Shown: piece after piece, positions 52,241 to 64,000 of the stretch
How the letters are laid out: the number at the start of each line of letters is the position of its first letter
Position numbering within the stretch: the stretch's first letter is position 1
Assembly: GCA_011109175.1 (NCBI GenBank)
Contig: RDEW01000021.1
Span: 1,018,585-1,082,584, forward strand
Length of the DNA stretch: 64,000 nt
From: Dicyema japonicum
Taxonomy: Eukaryota; Animalia; Dicyemida
Reading direction: 5' to 3'
Made by a program: the position numbers and the translations under genes
The notes under the pieces: generated by a model
The model's database searches: none
What the model was told of the DNA's origin: nothing
Seen by the model: the letters and a program-made list of their open reading frames with translations, nothing else

Positions 52241-54164
52241 AGTGAATAAGAATATCATGAAATCTTCATCCGAAGAATAAAGTGATGTCCGCGTGTAGGA
52301 CGTGTAATGAAAATTAGAAGTGATCAGTTCAGTAGCATTTGAAAATATTCAACGTTTAATACTATAAATTAATTAAAACTTTTCAACTCGACACTGAATT
52401 ATAGGGACCCCAAGTCTTCCATGTATCCGCTAAATTCAATACTTTTAACACAATCCATATGTCAATTACGGAATTCATTTCCATCGTAAAGTTCGATATT
52501 CAAATGCACTAAATATATCTGAGATCTGTCTACACGTTTTGGAATATGAGTTTAGCTTAAAATATGATCCTAACATATACTCATACATTATAATTTCAAT
52601 ATAGTCTCAACGTGAGCAGAAAATCGATTTTGTAGTGCATTAAATGTGATACAAGAGATCAAATGTCTAAAAAAGTATGAGTTGAATCATTCTTTAGCGG
52701 TAAAAGACACCAGAAAATATAAATCCACTGGATTTTGTTTTTTGATTTTTCAACATCGATTTATACTATAGAAATGAAAGCTAGATACCTCGTTAGGTCA
52801 CGTGGAATGTGGATATCAGCCATTTATTCTATGAGTTTGTTGGAGTAACTACATCGTAATACCATAGTTAGTTCAACATGAAACAATATGTGGTCATATT
52901 ACTTTTGGGACCCAGTAACAGCAACTGAGCTAGTACAGCAATCTTATATTGACATATGATGTTGCCATATTCTTATCCATAGTCCTATATCTTTAAAATT
53001 GTCCTAAATCTTTATTTAGCTAAGTCGCTTGAAGAAAAGTGACTGAAACTGCATAAAGACTAAGGTCATCGGCCAACTAATGGTAGATACGTCTTTTGAG
53101 AAGAGCAAGTAGAGCATAACAGCTATTTACAAAAGGTTTATCTAATGACGTTGAATTATCAGTATTTACCTGCGGTTTTTGTATATAAATAAACAATCTT
53201 TAAAAATGACAAAGGTTTCTAAATTCTGCCAAGGACAATTACCGATGACTTAAAACCGCTCCAATCAACTAAATGCATGTAAGTCAAAAGTACTCATTGA
53301 TCACTCTCATACTCGACTTCGATTCCTTGATAGATTTAAAACTCCAGACCATCCAAATTACAACCAATGGCACTCAAAAAGAAAAAAGATGATAATAAGA
53401 ATTCTTGGAAACAAAAATTGCATTTTCCGAAAATAGATGTCACTCATTAGCCGAATTGATCCTCGACTGGGATTATACTAATTTCTTTGAAAGCCTTATT
53501 ATCAACAAGTTTTGATTTTTTAGAGAAATCTTATCACTCTTAGAAAAAACAAGGAGCCCTGCAATTAAGCTCTCCCTAAGCAATAAGAAAAGTGATGGTC
53601 TAAGCGAGGAAGCAAAATGCTGGTAGTACCGATTAGCAAGATTGTGGAACAGCGAATAGACGGTTTATGAGGAAATCAATGATCCATACGTTCATAATAG
53701 TAAGAGAACCGTTTTGAAAGAAGAACCGTTAACTCTGCCTGATTAGAATTTTATTTTTTATTTATTTAACCCAAGAACACAGAATACTTGAGCAACTTAA
53801 AAACATTTAATAAATCATTATTTTTAATTCAAATATGATTTTATTTTTTTAAATATATGAAAATTTCTGTATAGTTTTTGTTGGATGTGGCTATACGTTA
53901 TTAAAATCTTTCATGTGTTATATACGTTATTACAAATTAGTCTCCATTCAACCGCAACTGATTGCTTTTATAATGTATTGATTATTTACAGAGCCTAGAA
54001 TTCAACTGAACGATTTCCAAGAAGTGCATTAATGAGGTTCAGCCTTCGTTTTACAAGGAAAAACGTTATCAAGGTTTAAGTTGTTAAGAATGCCTCATTT
54101 ATAGCCTCAAGACTAGAATATCCGTATGATTGAGTTTTGATTATAGTATAGATATGTTGTTAGT

Positions 54165-54224
54165 GGTGTCATGTGGCTCATTAGAAATGGTGTCATCCAT
54201 TCCAAAAAAGGAACGAAAAGAGCT
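54165..54224 (+). ncRNA. HDV-ribozyme-like pseudoknot at LINE 5' end (imperfect)
   Basis: P1 ggtgtc/gtcatc, P2 ggctc/gagct, P3 att/ggt, ca, P4 ttcc/ggaa, J4/2 cgaaaa. Confidence 0.5.
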
Positions 54225-54302
54225 AACAGCTTCTACCCACCGTCCGGTGGTCCTTTCATCTCATGTGTCTTCGACCCTGTGTGGTGTTCCCATTTGTCCA
54301 GA

Positions 54303-54347
54303 CTTTTGATTCTTCTATGTGGAGACGTTGAAACCAATCCTGGTCCA
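54303..54347 (+). other. 2A/StopGo ribosomal-skipping peptide
   Basis: Perfect D(V/I)ExNPGP motif with a leucine-rich upstream tract, in frame with the APE start. Confidence 0.9.
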
Positions 54348-57300
54348 TGGAGAGGTTTTACAATTATACAACTGAATACGAATGGGAACAGGAAGAAAAT
54401 CTTTGAACTCCTGGGGCACTCCTCCGCGAAAATGAGGCTGACCTCGCTTTAATACAGGAGTCGAAGCAATCTTCCTCCATACCAACACCCGCTTTTCCTG
54501 GATACACATGATCCGTAAAGATCGTCTGGGAGGACGCGGAGGAGGACTACTTATTATAAAGAACGATATTCCTTTTATGGATACAACTCAACGAACCTCA
54601 GAGCTTTTTGGCACCGAAAAGACTTTGGAGCAGATTACTGTCAAAATCGAGTTATTCCCCTCCTTTTGGATTCATTTGGCTAATTTATATATTCTTCCAC
54701 AAGGCTCGTGTCCGTCATCTTACATTCCTGATTTATCACGCGTTTCAACATTGAAAAATCTATTGTTAATGCACAACATCCAGTATGTCTCACTTCCCAA
54801 TCCTCTGATAACCAAGGAGAACTCATTGCAAACTTCCTGACCTGATTATACTGAACAACCTTAACTCACATACGAAGACCCCATTAAGGATGACTGATAG
54901 CTGCATATGTCCCGACTTGACATTATGCTAACCTTCCTTCTAAAATTGAGAGGTCTTCGACAATACAGGAGACGACCGGCGGAATCAAAAAGATTCAAGG
55001 ATTATACGAAGGTTGACTGGTCTGGTTTCAGTAACCTTGTGAATAATTTCTTGGCCCGGAGATTATCCTCCCCAATACCCTCTATTAATGAGGCCGCAGA
55101 AATATGGTCAGCGCTACCATTCAGAAAGCTGACCATATTTTTATTCCTATATCGTCATACAAGAAGTTTATTCCTGTTCTCAGCTCTTATACAATAAGTC
55201 TTATAAAGCAAAGAGACCGGCTGAAGAGATGCCATCTGTTGGACATGAAGTCTTTGACAGCTTTCAGACAATTAAATTAAAGGATCTGTCAGAGCATAAA
55301 AGAACACAAGGACAAGAGATGGCAGCATCTAGTTAACCACCTCGACAGGAAAAATACATCCCGATATTTCTGGAAAACTCTTAAACAAGTCAAGTTGGAG
55401 CTGGATGATGCAGACGGAACCGGAAAGTCTTCTCCTGAACACTTATGCCACCTACATCCTAACACCCTTATGAAACATTACCCTGAAATTAGCTTCAAAC
55501 CATTTTCGAAACACCTGGACATTAAGGTGCATGCCCATAAACGTAAGAAAGAGCCTTACCACGAACTATTCACAGATGGCCGAGTCATAGATGTGATCAA
55601 CAGATTAAAGAGCTCACGGGCGTGCGGGCCTGACAGAGTATCTTCTATTTACCTAAAACACCTAAGTCACTATGCAATTGGCTATTTCACGGAAATATAC
55701 AACCTGTCTATTAACTATAACATTATTCCCAAGATTTAGAAGAATTCTATCATCCGACAGATATTGAAGGCTGGGAAACTAGAGACAGAACATGCCTCCT
55801 ACAGGCCAATTTCTGTTCCGGCACACTGTCAAAAATTATGGAGAAACTTGTATAATCAGTTCATTATTCCTTATCTCCACGTCCTCCACAATAGACTCGA
55901 ACAGAAAAGTTGCTTGTCTTGTAATCGAGGACTAAGTAACTTTGCTACCCACTCGAGGACGTCTCCAGCGGAGAGAAAGGCGTAATGTCTATAATTTGAT
56001 AAAGGTCTGGTTCGATTATGAGATTAGTGCAAAATCATCGGAGAAGGACATCAAGGCAGTCCACGAATTGAACGAAGGCACTGTAAAGTCTGCCTTCAGT
56101 CTGACGGACTACGAGAGGGGAGTAATGATAGCATGGACGTTGAAAGTGCCATGAACATGCAGATCGAGCTGAACAGACTGCAGTCTCTACAGGAAAGGTA
56201 TGAGAAGAAAGTCAGATTTACATCAAATATATTATGATGAGCTAAATAGAAAGGACGATCGTTTTTGCACGAAGCCAGATCTTATTCTAATTTTATTTAT
56301 AACAAAAAACGAAAATCACCTAAATAAAAAAAAGTAGGGGCCGTCAGGTTAACCCGGACACTTTAAACAGCCATTTTATCCTTTCTCAATGCTCCTCCAG
56401 GTCCCAATACACTTCCTGTAAGGATGAATCACTTTTTGAACGTATCTATGAAATTCGATTTTTCTTTTATTTCTATCTTTTTGAAAACAATCTATCATTT
56501 TTTTTTTCTTTATAGCTGCCACCTGCAATAATTTCTATAATCAGTAATATAACCATTGATTGCATCTATCCTTGAAATTTAATCAACAAGAGAATTATCA
56601 GGTTGATAATATTTATACTTGGATGTCTAGAGTTGTTTATCATAAATTCACAGTTTTCCCATATTCACAGGTTTTAAGAATTTTTGATGTATTTTTTTTT
56701 CAATTAATCTTTTCTGTGCAATGGAAATGTCCATCCTTTTCGGCATTTGGCACTGTGGAAATTAAAATTTATATTGAATTAAAAAAATAAATTAATGAGA
56801 CACATCACATCAATATCTGCCAATTAGCGAACTAATCCACTGTTGTAAGAAAACGTACGATCCTTTTTAAAAGCCGTAGTGTTACTAGGCAATTTTCTCG
56901 ATTCACGTAGATCCCCATTGATGATTAAAGATCAGAGAAAGCAAAAAAGGAAAGAATCCTTGTTAATGTAGGTGGAAGTGTAGGAATCTAACTCACAGCC
57001 AATCGTGAGTGAAAGCACTAACCACTTTATTATTATCTAACATCGAAAAAAGAATCATCAAAAAAGAAGGAGTTAACTATCAATTAAGAGACTTCGACAA
57101 AATGAGAGGTTTTTGCTGTGTTGCATCATAGTACCACAGCTTTACTAAATGCAATCGATATTCTTTAATAAGAAGTTAGAGAGAGGTAGGTTATTTTCCA
57201 AAATTTACGTGTTTTGCCGACTTGAATAGCTGATTAGTAGAAACGATAGGATTCGGAACCGTATAGTAATGAAGCTGGAATTATTGTTTAAGATTCTCAC

Positions 57301-57490
57301 GTTGTCGAGTAATGGAAGAATAGTTATGAAGAGAAATTGATAATGTTAACTATATTTTAAATAATTAAAGATATTTAATAAAAATGGTAATGAAGTATCT
57401 TTTATCATAGATATTTAATATATAATTATATCAAACAATTAAAATAAAAATTATATAAAATAAAATTTGACCTAATAAAATTTAGACTAC

Positions 57491-58777
57491 ATGAACAGAA
57501 CTATTTATTATATCATAATTATTCTGTTTAGCAAAATAGTCAAAATAAAATGTGATGAGAGATATATATTAATTGATTCATATGTAATTTTCAATAATCC
57601 TTCAATAGTATATATTTAGTTAACTTTAGGAATATAGTTTATCAAAGTTAAAATCCGAGGAACATATAGATGTATGGCAAACTAATGGTACCGATTTGTT
57701 TTCTTTCAAAAACATAAAATTTAAACTTATTCCATACTTCTACAATGAGTTTTATACTATTGACTTAATTACAGAAGTTGTTTATGGTACGTTTTTTTGT
57801 TGTACTTAAGCTGGTAAGCGGTATACTAATATCACAAAGATACCACAAACTAATTATGGGGATTACTACCGATGTGGTTATACTCAAATTAGTTTTTCGA
57901 AAATATATCTGTTACATTTTATTCAATCAAGTTGCAATATCACGATAAAGGTTTTGAATTTTTCTAAAAAGGTTTTAATCAAAATTAATTTAGCTAACGA
58001 CTGTAACCCAAAAATGACCCAAATACGCCGATTTGGTTTATTTATCACAAAAAAGAATCCGTGCATTAATAAGTGGAATTATCAAAATATCATATTTTGA
58101 CGATAGCGAAATTGTACACGTTTGCATTGATAAGTAGATAACAGATGAACATTTCGATGATTATTACTATAATGTCTACAAATTATATGAGAATAAATAT
58201 ATATTGCGTGGTGATTATTCTAAAATATATATTACGGCGTATAAACAAAATGGGAATAAATATCGTATTAATAGATTTTCTGTTTGTATTGAGGATAAAA
58301 AGATAAATGTGTTTCACTTAAAAAGCAATTTAAACAAATTAAAATGGGAGGATATAATCACTGTGGATCCATCTCACAAAACTATAACAATCTGTCTATC
58401 GAAATTTCATCTTTTAAATTACAATTTTTCCGTGATGATTTGATTTTTGAATTTATAGGAGATGGTAAATAAATCCGACTGAATTTTAGATGAAGGATGC
58501 TTTGAAGAACAAATATCGAATGAAATTAAAGACAAAAAAAACATATTAAACATCGTAATACTGTAAAACCGACTAAATTTTAGATAAAATAAGTTTTGAA
58601 GAACTAATTTCGTCTGAAAGTAAACCCGTAAAAAAATTGACGAAAAATCAAATAATTGGAATCGTGTCTGGAGTTGTTGGACTAATATTCACATGTGTCA
58701 TTGTCGCTATTTATCTCAAACCGAAATCACATACTGAAATACAGGAAAGCATTCCATTAATCTTTGTAACTAACTAA
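57491..58777 (+). CDS. Orphan predicted type-I membrane protein, multi-exon
   Basis: Signal-like MNRTIYYIIIILFSKIVKIKC. The first three exons stay open across 21-24-nt GT-AG introns (first at 57608-57629). C-terminal TM segment IIGIVSGVVGLIFTCVIVAIYL with a short tail. Middle exons not fully resolved. Confidence 0.5.
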
Positions 58778-60744
58778 TTTTAATTCGTAAACAGTCTTCA
58801 ATTTATTTGAATTTATTATATTATTTGAACTACAGTCGATATTCGAAAAACTTACAAAATTTTGAATTTTGTCAATTGTAACAAAGTATACCAGATGATT
58901 TATCCATAAATTTGGCATCGGAAACCCTCTTGTTCAACATAAAAAATCTTTGGCTAACAGTAGACGACCAATTCGTCGAATCTGATAAATAATGAACAAG
59001 GTCCCCAAGCATTATTATTCTATGATCAATATTCCGGACATACTAGCAAGACAACAATTTTCCAATTTATAATATAGGCTGCCTTTACAGTCCACTTCGC
59101 TCAAATAAATTAATAATATGTACCACAATAGCTTGTACGACTATGAGTAGTTATTTTTTATCATGTCAAGACCAATGTAAAAACCCATAACTATTTGAAC
59201 CCAAAACGTTCAAACATGCCATCAACTTGGAACGACATTCGTCTCTTGAACCCACACTAACTCGTACTGGACAGAAAACTGTCTTTTATCATTATTGCAA
59301 TACTCCGAAACCGTCTGTGCTGGACATTTTACTAGGTATAACCAGTCTTCCGCTACTCTGTATGCCCTTTTCTCTTCGGCTTATATCTAAAAATCAACAC
59401 CAGGACTTTGGTTCCAGTTTCAAAATTATTATTGATAGTAATATTTCGGTTTTCTGAATACGTACTTGTGCAGGACGAGTAAGGAGCATCGGGCCAAACT
59501 AAGGTCCTGCTAGAGCGTACTGGGATCACGTAATTAGTTAGTTTGTGTGATCGTGGTATCTGGTGTTATTATTATTATTATTATTCCACCTTATTAGTTG
59601 ATTGACAAACTGTGATTGCAGAGGTGATGTCCATTCCTCTGCACTCGGATAAATCAGTCCAAATCAAGGTATTCCGGAAATATATTAAGGACATCGACAA
59701 TTCTAAGATGTCTGTATTCAAGACTGGACAATGATCATTTTTTAACAAACCTTTAATTTCTCACATTTTGATCTAATCGTCGAGTCTGTCTTGTTATTGG
59801 TAATTCCCTTCTGATTATAAATAGAATTCCTCATTTGAAGTTCAGGCATTTTCATAAACGTAGCAATTTTAAATAGCCGGGCAATCCGTTCAATATGATG
59901 TTGTTAGGCCAACTTTCAATCCTATATTTATTTATTTCTTATACACCGAGAAAAAAATATCAAATAACTAAAGAACAAGCAATACTTAATCAGTGGATCA
60001 ACTAACTACGGAAATAATTTTCCGACTCTGTTGATAGGCTTTGAAAAATGCCATTGATTCACTTGATCTTGATCGGGTTCGACTTCTTCTATAAGGTACT
60101 TGATAACTCTGCCTTCCCTACTGGAATGTAGATTTTGCGAAAACTCATTCACGAAATTGAAAATTAAGCGATTATTATTTTCAACCACAACCTAGGATCT
60201 TTTTTTATGCAACTAACTATCTCCTATTTATGGACGACCTAAAAAATTATCTCGAGAAGAAAACACAACGATTGTGATCATGAAGATAATTCCTTCTTAG
60301 AAGCAGCTGAATCTGAATAAAATGTCGTAAAATATACAACTAATATGCTCGATTTGGATATAAGGCTAATTTGCTTGACCAAATGGATAGATATTGGTGT
60401 TTTAGACCAGTTTTTCTCAACAAGGTCGATTTATACCTCAGGGGCAAATTTTATAGGTTAAGGGAAATTTTTTCTTTCTGGAACTTTTTTCTTTCTGGAA
60501 CTATGTCACAGTCATAATAAATAATCTGTGATATTTTGTTAGTTACGTAACACCGGCTTTCTAACTTGTAAGAGGCAGCAGCTATTAAATAGGACGCTGA
60601 AGATAGCGGTCGCTACCAATTTTCGATGTGGTTCAACCTCACGTCAAGAAAATTGGATACCAGTTTTAATCTGGCAACTGAGTAACCATAATTATTCCCT
60701 GTCAACATGTTCAATGACCTCGGGAATTCGATAGATAATGGCAG

Positions 60745-60925
60745 TTATTTATCGGTCGCATAGCTTTCGCTCCCAACAATCGGATTAGCTACTCCTAATC
60801 GACCAAACTTAGTGCCCCACAAGTAAGGGATACTTGCAGATAAATTAATTGCTGTTTGAAAATTGAAAATTGAATTGAACAACTCTCCAAAGTCCTCCGT
60901 AAAACTAGCGTCAGTATATAAGCTT
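60745..60925 (-). mobile_element. CRE-type LINE remnant
   Basis: TKFGRLGVANP resembles the LPxxxGGLGI motif. Confidence 0.4.
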
Positions 60926-60929
60926 TGAG

Positions 60930-62750
60930 AGGCCACTCCTCCACCTTCAGGGCCTCCAAATGGTGTTTGAAGAATCTCGAGACAATTTCATCACAAGCGT
61001 TGTGTACAAAAATTATTTTCATCTTTGCGCGATGGGTAATCTTAAGTTCGTTGGTTAGTAAGTCATAATTGTGGAACTTTTCGACCTGCTTGAAACAGTT
61101 TTGCAAAGTGATCCCAATTTCAACAACAGTAATCGTATTTTTTGTCTAATCATAAACGAAAATGCCGGGTTTATTATTAATTACAGCCGTATCCGTACTG
61201 ATCGTCATGTCTACACGAATCTCCACAATTTCATTTGCGACAACAGATGCAACCTGAAATATGAGCTATTCATTATTTTCCATTACCTTTTTCAGCGTTT
61301 TGTTTTCCAAATTCAGACGAATCTTCCATTTTGTGACAAGTTTCCGAATAAACCTGACAATCCAGGAGGGAAAACTAAATTTTTGTAATACCTGATCCAG
61401 AAATTGGTGGTCGACCGAGTTATAAGATTTTATTTAACGTCAATCCAGGTGGAATTCAAACTGTTTATATTTTGTTGATATACGCTTTTGTTGACGATAG
61501 CTCGTTCTTTCGCTCCTTGGCGTAATCTTCGCGTTCCCAGTTAATTATCAATGATTAAGACATTTGATTCACTGTAATCTTATAATTTTTTGTTCAAACA
61601 CTTTGTCAATGTTTATACAGATTTTGCATATAATTTTCTTAATTTCCTTGCAAAGAGATCCATGAACCGAAGTGAAGTTCTTGATAAAAAAAGTGATAGA
61701 CATCATCACAACCAGATGGCTTCTAATTTGGAAGCATCTTGATAGTCTCGGTGATTTCCTCTCCAGTAAAATGAGCAAAAGAGTTCTTTGATCCAGTTAC
61801 TCTTTTGGTAGTAATTTAGTTGCTCTTCTTTCTCACTTCCTTATCCAAATACTAGTTAAAAATGGAAAAAATTCTTCCTCATTGAACTTGATGACCTAAT
61901 TCTTATTATCTCCAATTATATTTCTATAAAGTAGCTTTCTATTCAATTCGATTAACCAGTGGGCACTTCTATACCTTTCTCGATTCTTAGACTCTCAACT
62001 CTTTTTTAACAATCTTTATTTGATAGCGAACAAAAGAAAAATCCGTTTCCATTCTCTCTCTTAGATTTTTAAAGCCATATGAGCATAAGGTATTGCGAAT
62101 TTCTTCGTCAAATTGATACTTCCGGTTCATTTCACAAGCCACTTGAATTTGCTCAAGTTGTTGCTTAAGTTTAGTGAGTTTGTTTTTTATTGATTCTTCC
62201 CAACTTGTTTTAGTGTTTTTCTTCTTGGTAAGAGCCTCTTAAATACAGTGCCCAGGAGATGATATCAGTGATATCGTAGATATCCAGCTTGGAAGGAATC
62301 ATTATATTCTTTAATTGCTGCTTTAATTCCACACAGAATCTCCTTTCTAAAATTTGTCTGGGACTCCTTAGTAAGTACACGAATGTTTTTTTCTGATGTA
62401 AGTAATTTTGCAAATTGGCAACGAATCGCACCAAAACATTTTCCAAAGTTTAAAACTATTACCAACTGTTTTTCTTCTACTGACAGATTCACTGGATTTG
62501 GAAGAAATCGAGCTCATGAAATTAGCAATGGACTTCGATATCCAAAATCTAAGTTAAAAGCTTTCACAATCAGAGGCCATCCACCATGGGGAATCCTCTA
62601 GAATCTTGATGTTGCAGACTCAACGATCTCCACAGCGCATTGTATCCGGTCAACAGTGTGAACTAGAAGGATACTCAAGTTAACATTCTTGGTGAGATCG
62701 AGAGTGTGGTTACCGAATATTATCAAAAACAAAGACTCCGAGAAGTAACT
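60930..62750 (-). mobile_element. R4/Dong-like LINE, internally deleted and degenerate
   Basis: SWEESIK, ELNRKLLYRN, KPSGCDDVYHFFIK, LGTRRLRQGAKERAIVN, WIDVK..SVDH, then a jump to VANEIVEIRVD..NNKPGIFVYD..VEIGIT..KFHNYDLLTNEL. Confidence 0.85.
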
Positions 62751-63519
62751 TCATTATCTCACATCTCAAGTTGTTTTCTATAATGAAAGATAACTGCTTT
62801 TTTCTTATATTCAATAATCGTTTTCTTTATTTGTCTCCTATTTCTTTAGTTGTCTTACTTCTTTAATTTGTCGTTTAACTGTTGCTAGGTTAAGCTCACT
62901 AATTTTTAATAAAATTGACACTGTTATTATTAGCATCATATTAAAGGTATTAAATTTAACCACCACGTGTACTGAATGTAGTTTGACAATTTGATAGATT
63001 TACTTTTCCGAAGTGAATTATTTATAAATCTCTAGAGACTATCCACTGTTAATGAGTGTAACTAAGCCATTTTGTGATTTTATTGCTCTTTCTCACTAAT
63101 CATACACGGCTGCTTTATTTCTATTTAGTAAAACTAATAACACATCAAAGTTTTTAAAATGTTGATTTTCTTTTCCGATATTGGTTTTAATTACTTGTTA
63201 GACATCTTGTCGATGATGTGTCAGAAATTTATTATGATTAACATTTTTCAGTTAAAAAAAGTGTTTTTTTTAGCTATGATGTTTAGTCACTTTGATACAG
63301 GACAATTTTCAACTGTAGTTTGAGGGAAATCAGTTTAAGATTAGGTAATGATGCTATCATATTTGTTATTTTTGAGAATTACAAGGTTCTCCGTATTAAT
63401 ATTAGGTTTCCTGTACCAGAATGGAAGATCCGCATCCATAACAGCACTTTAAAAGAGAGCCATTTAAATAAAGAACAGTTATGATAACTAATTGTACAGG
63501 GACAACCAAAAAAGGCTCT

Positions 63520-63700
63520 CATTTCTTTTTTTGTTGTGTGTATGTTTTTTATAGACGGTTCCGCAGTGATATGTTCACTGATTACAGAGTCATTCGTCAA
63601 GCCAAAGCATCGTAGATACGTGGAACCTTCAACCGCAATATACAGCAGCGAGATTCGAACTAGGGGCCATCAATCCTTGTTGCACAGCGCTATGATCCAC
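63520..63700 (-). mobile_element. tRNA-derived SINE family A, copy 5
   Basis: B-box agttcgaatc on the minus strand plus the shared body. Confidence 0.75.
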
Positions 63701-63957
63701 ATTTAGTATTGATAATTGTGTAATTCCTTTTTTTTGACAAAAACCGATAAATACTCCGTAAAAATCACAATTGTAATTCTTTTAATGTTCATCGGTACTA
63801 AGATTTCCAAATATTCCGTGGAGAATGGGAAATTAATATGAGTCTTCTTGTAGCAGATCTCAGAGAGTAGTGATCATTCCTTCCGACCTGAAGGCACATT
63901 CTCGATGGTTGTGTAGTCTTGAAATTTAAGGAAAAGTTATAACTTTGACACACATAA

Positions 63958-64000
63958 GCTTCCAGCCTCACTTGTATCATTAAAGATCCCTTCCATCGTC
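63958..64000 (+). repeat. Interspersed repeat family C, second copy, cut by window end
   Basis: Near identity to 52051-52095. Confidence 0.75.

Larger units (their letters stand above)
54165..55880 (+). mobile_element. APE-LINE (Ingi/Jockey/I-like): 5' pseudoknot, 2A peptide, APE, start of RT; disrupted
   Basis: LLILLCGDVETNPGP, IIQLNTNG, LIQES, IRKDR..RGGGLL, LANLYI, RACGPD, SYRPIS. Confidence 0.88.

Overview
This is AT-rich eukaryotic genomic DNA, not prokaryotic, and most entries in the supplied ORF track are spurious or are pieces of decayed elements. The host genes are animal-type and are split by very small GT-AG introns of about 20-26 nt. That points to a strongly reduced parasitic animal such as a dicyemid or a myxozoan (inference only). 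Recognisable host genes are an equilibrative nucleoside transporter, two tandem ZYG-11/ZER1-like copies, CDC5L, a MOB4/phocein-like gene and an orphan type-I membrane protein. All but the last carry stops or frameshifts, many explained by G:C>T:A changes. The rest of the window is mostly transposon debris: RTE-type, CRE-type, R4/Dong-type and APE (Ingi/Jockey/I-like) LINEs, hAT remnants, MITEs, a foldback element carrying a restriction-like endonuclease ORF, and a tRNA-derived SINE family. The strongest unexplained signal is a ~60-nt nested double pseudoknot with HDV-ribozyme topology and compensatory base changes. It occurs at seven loci: at the 5' end of APE LINEs that also carry a 2A (StopGo) peptide, and inside a family of short non-coding elements. 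All alignments were done by eye, so many boundaries are approximate.
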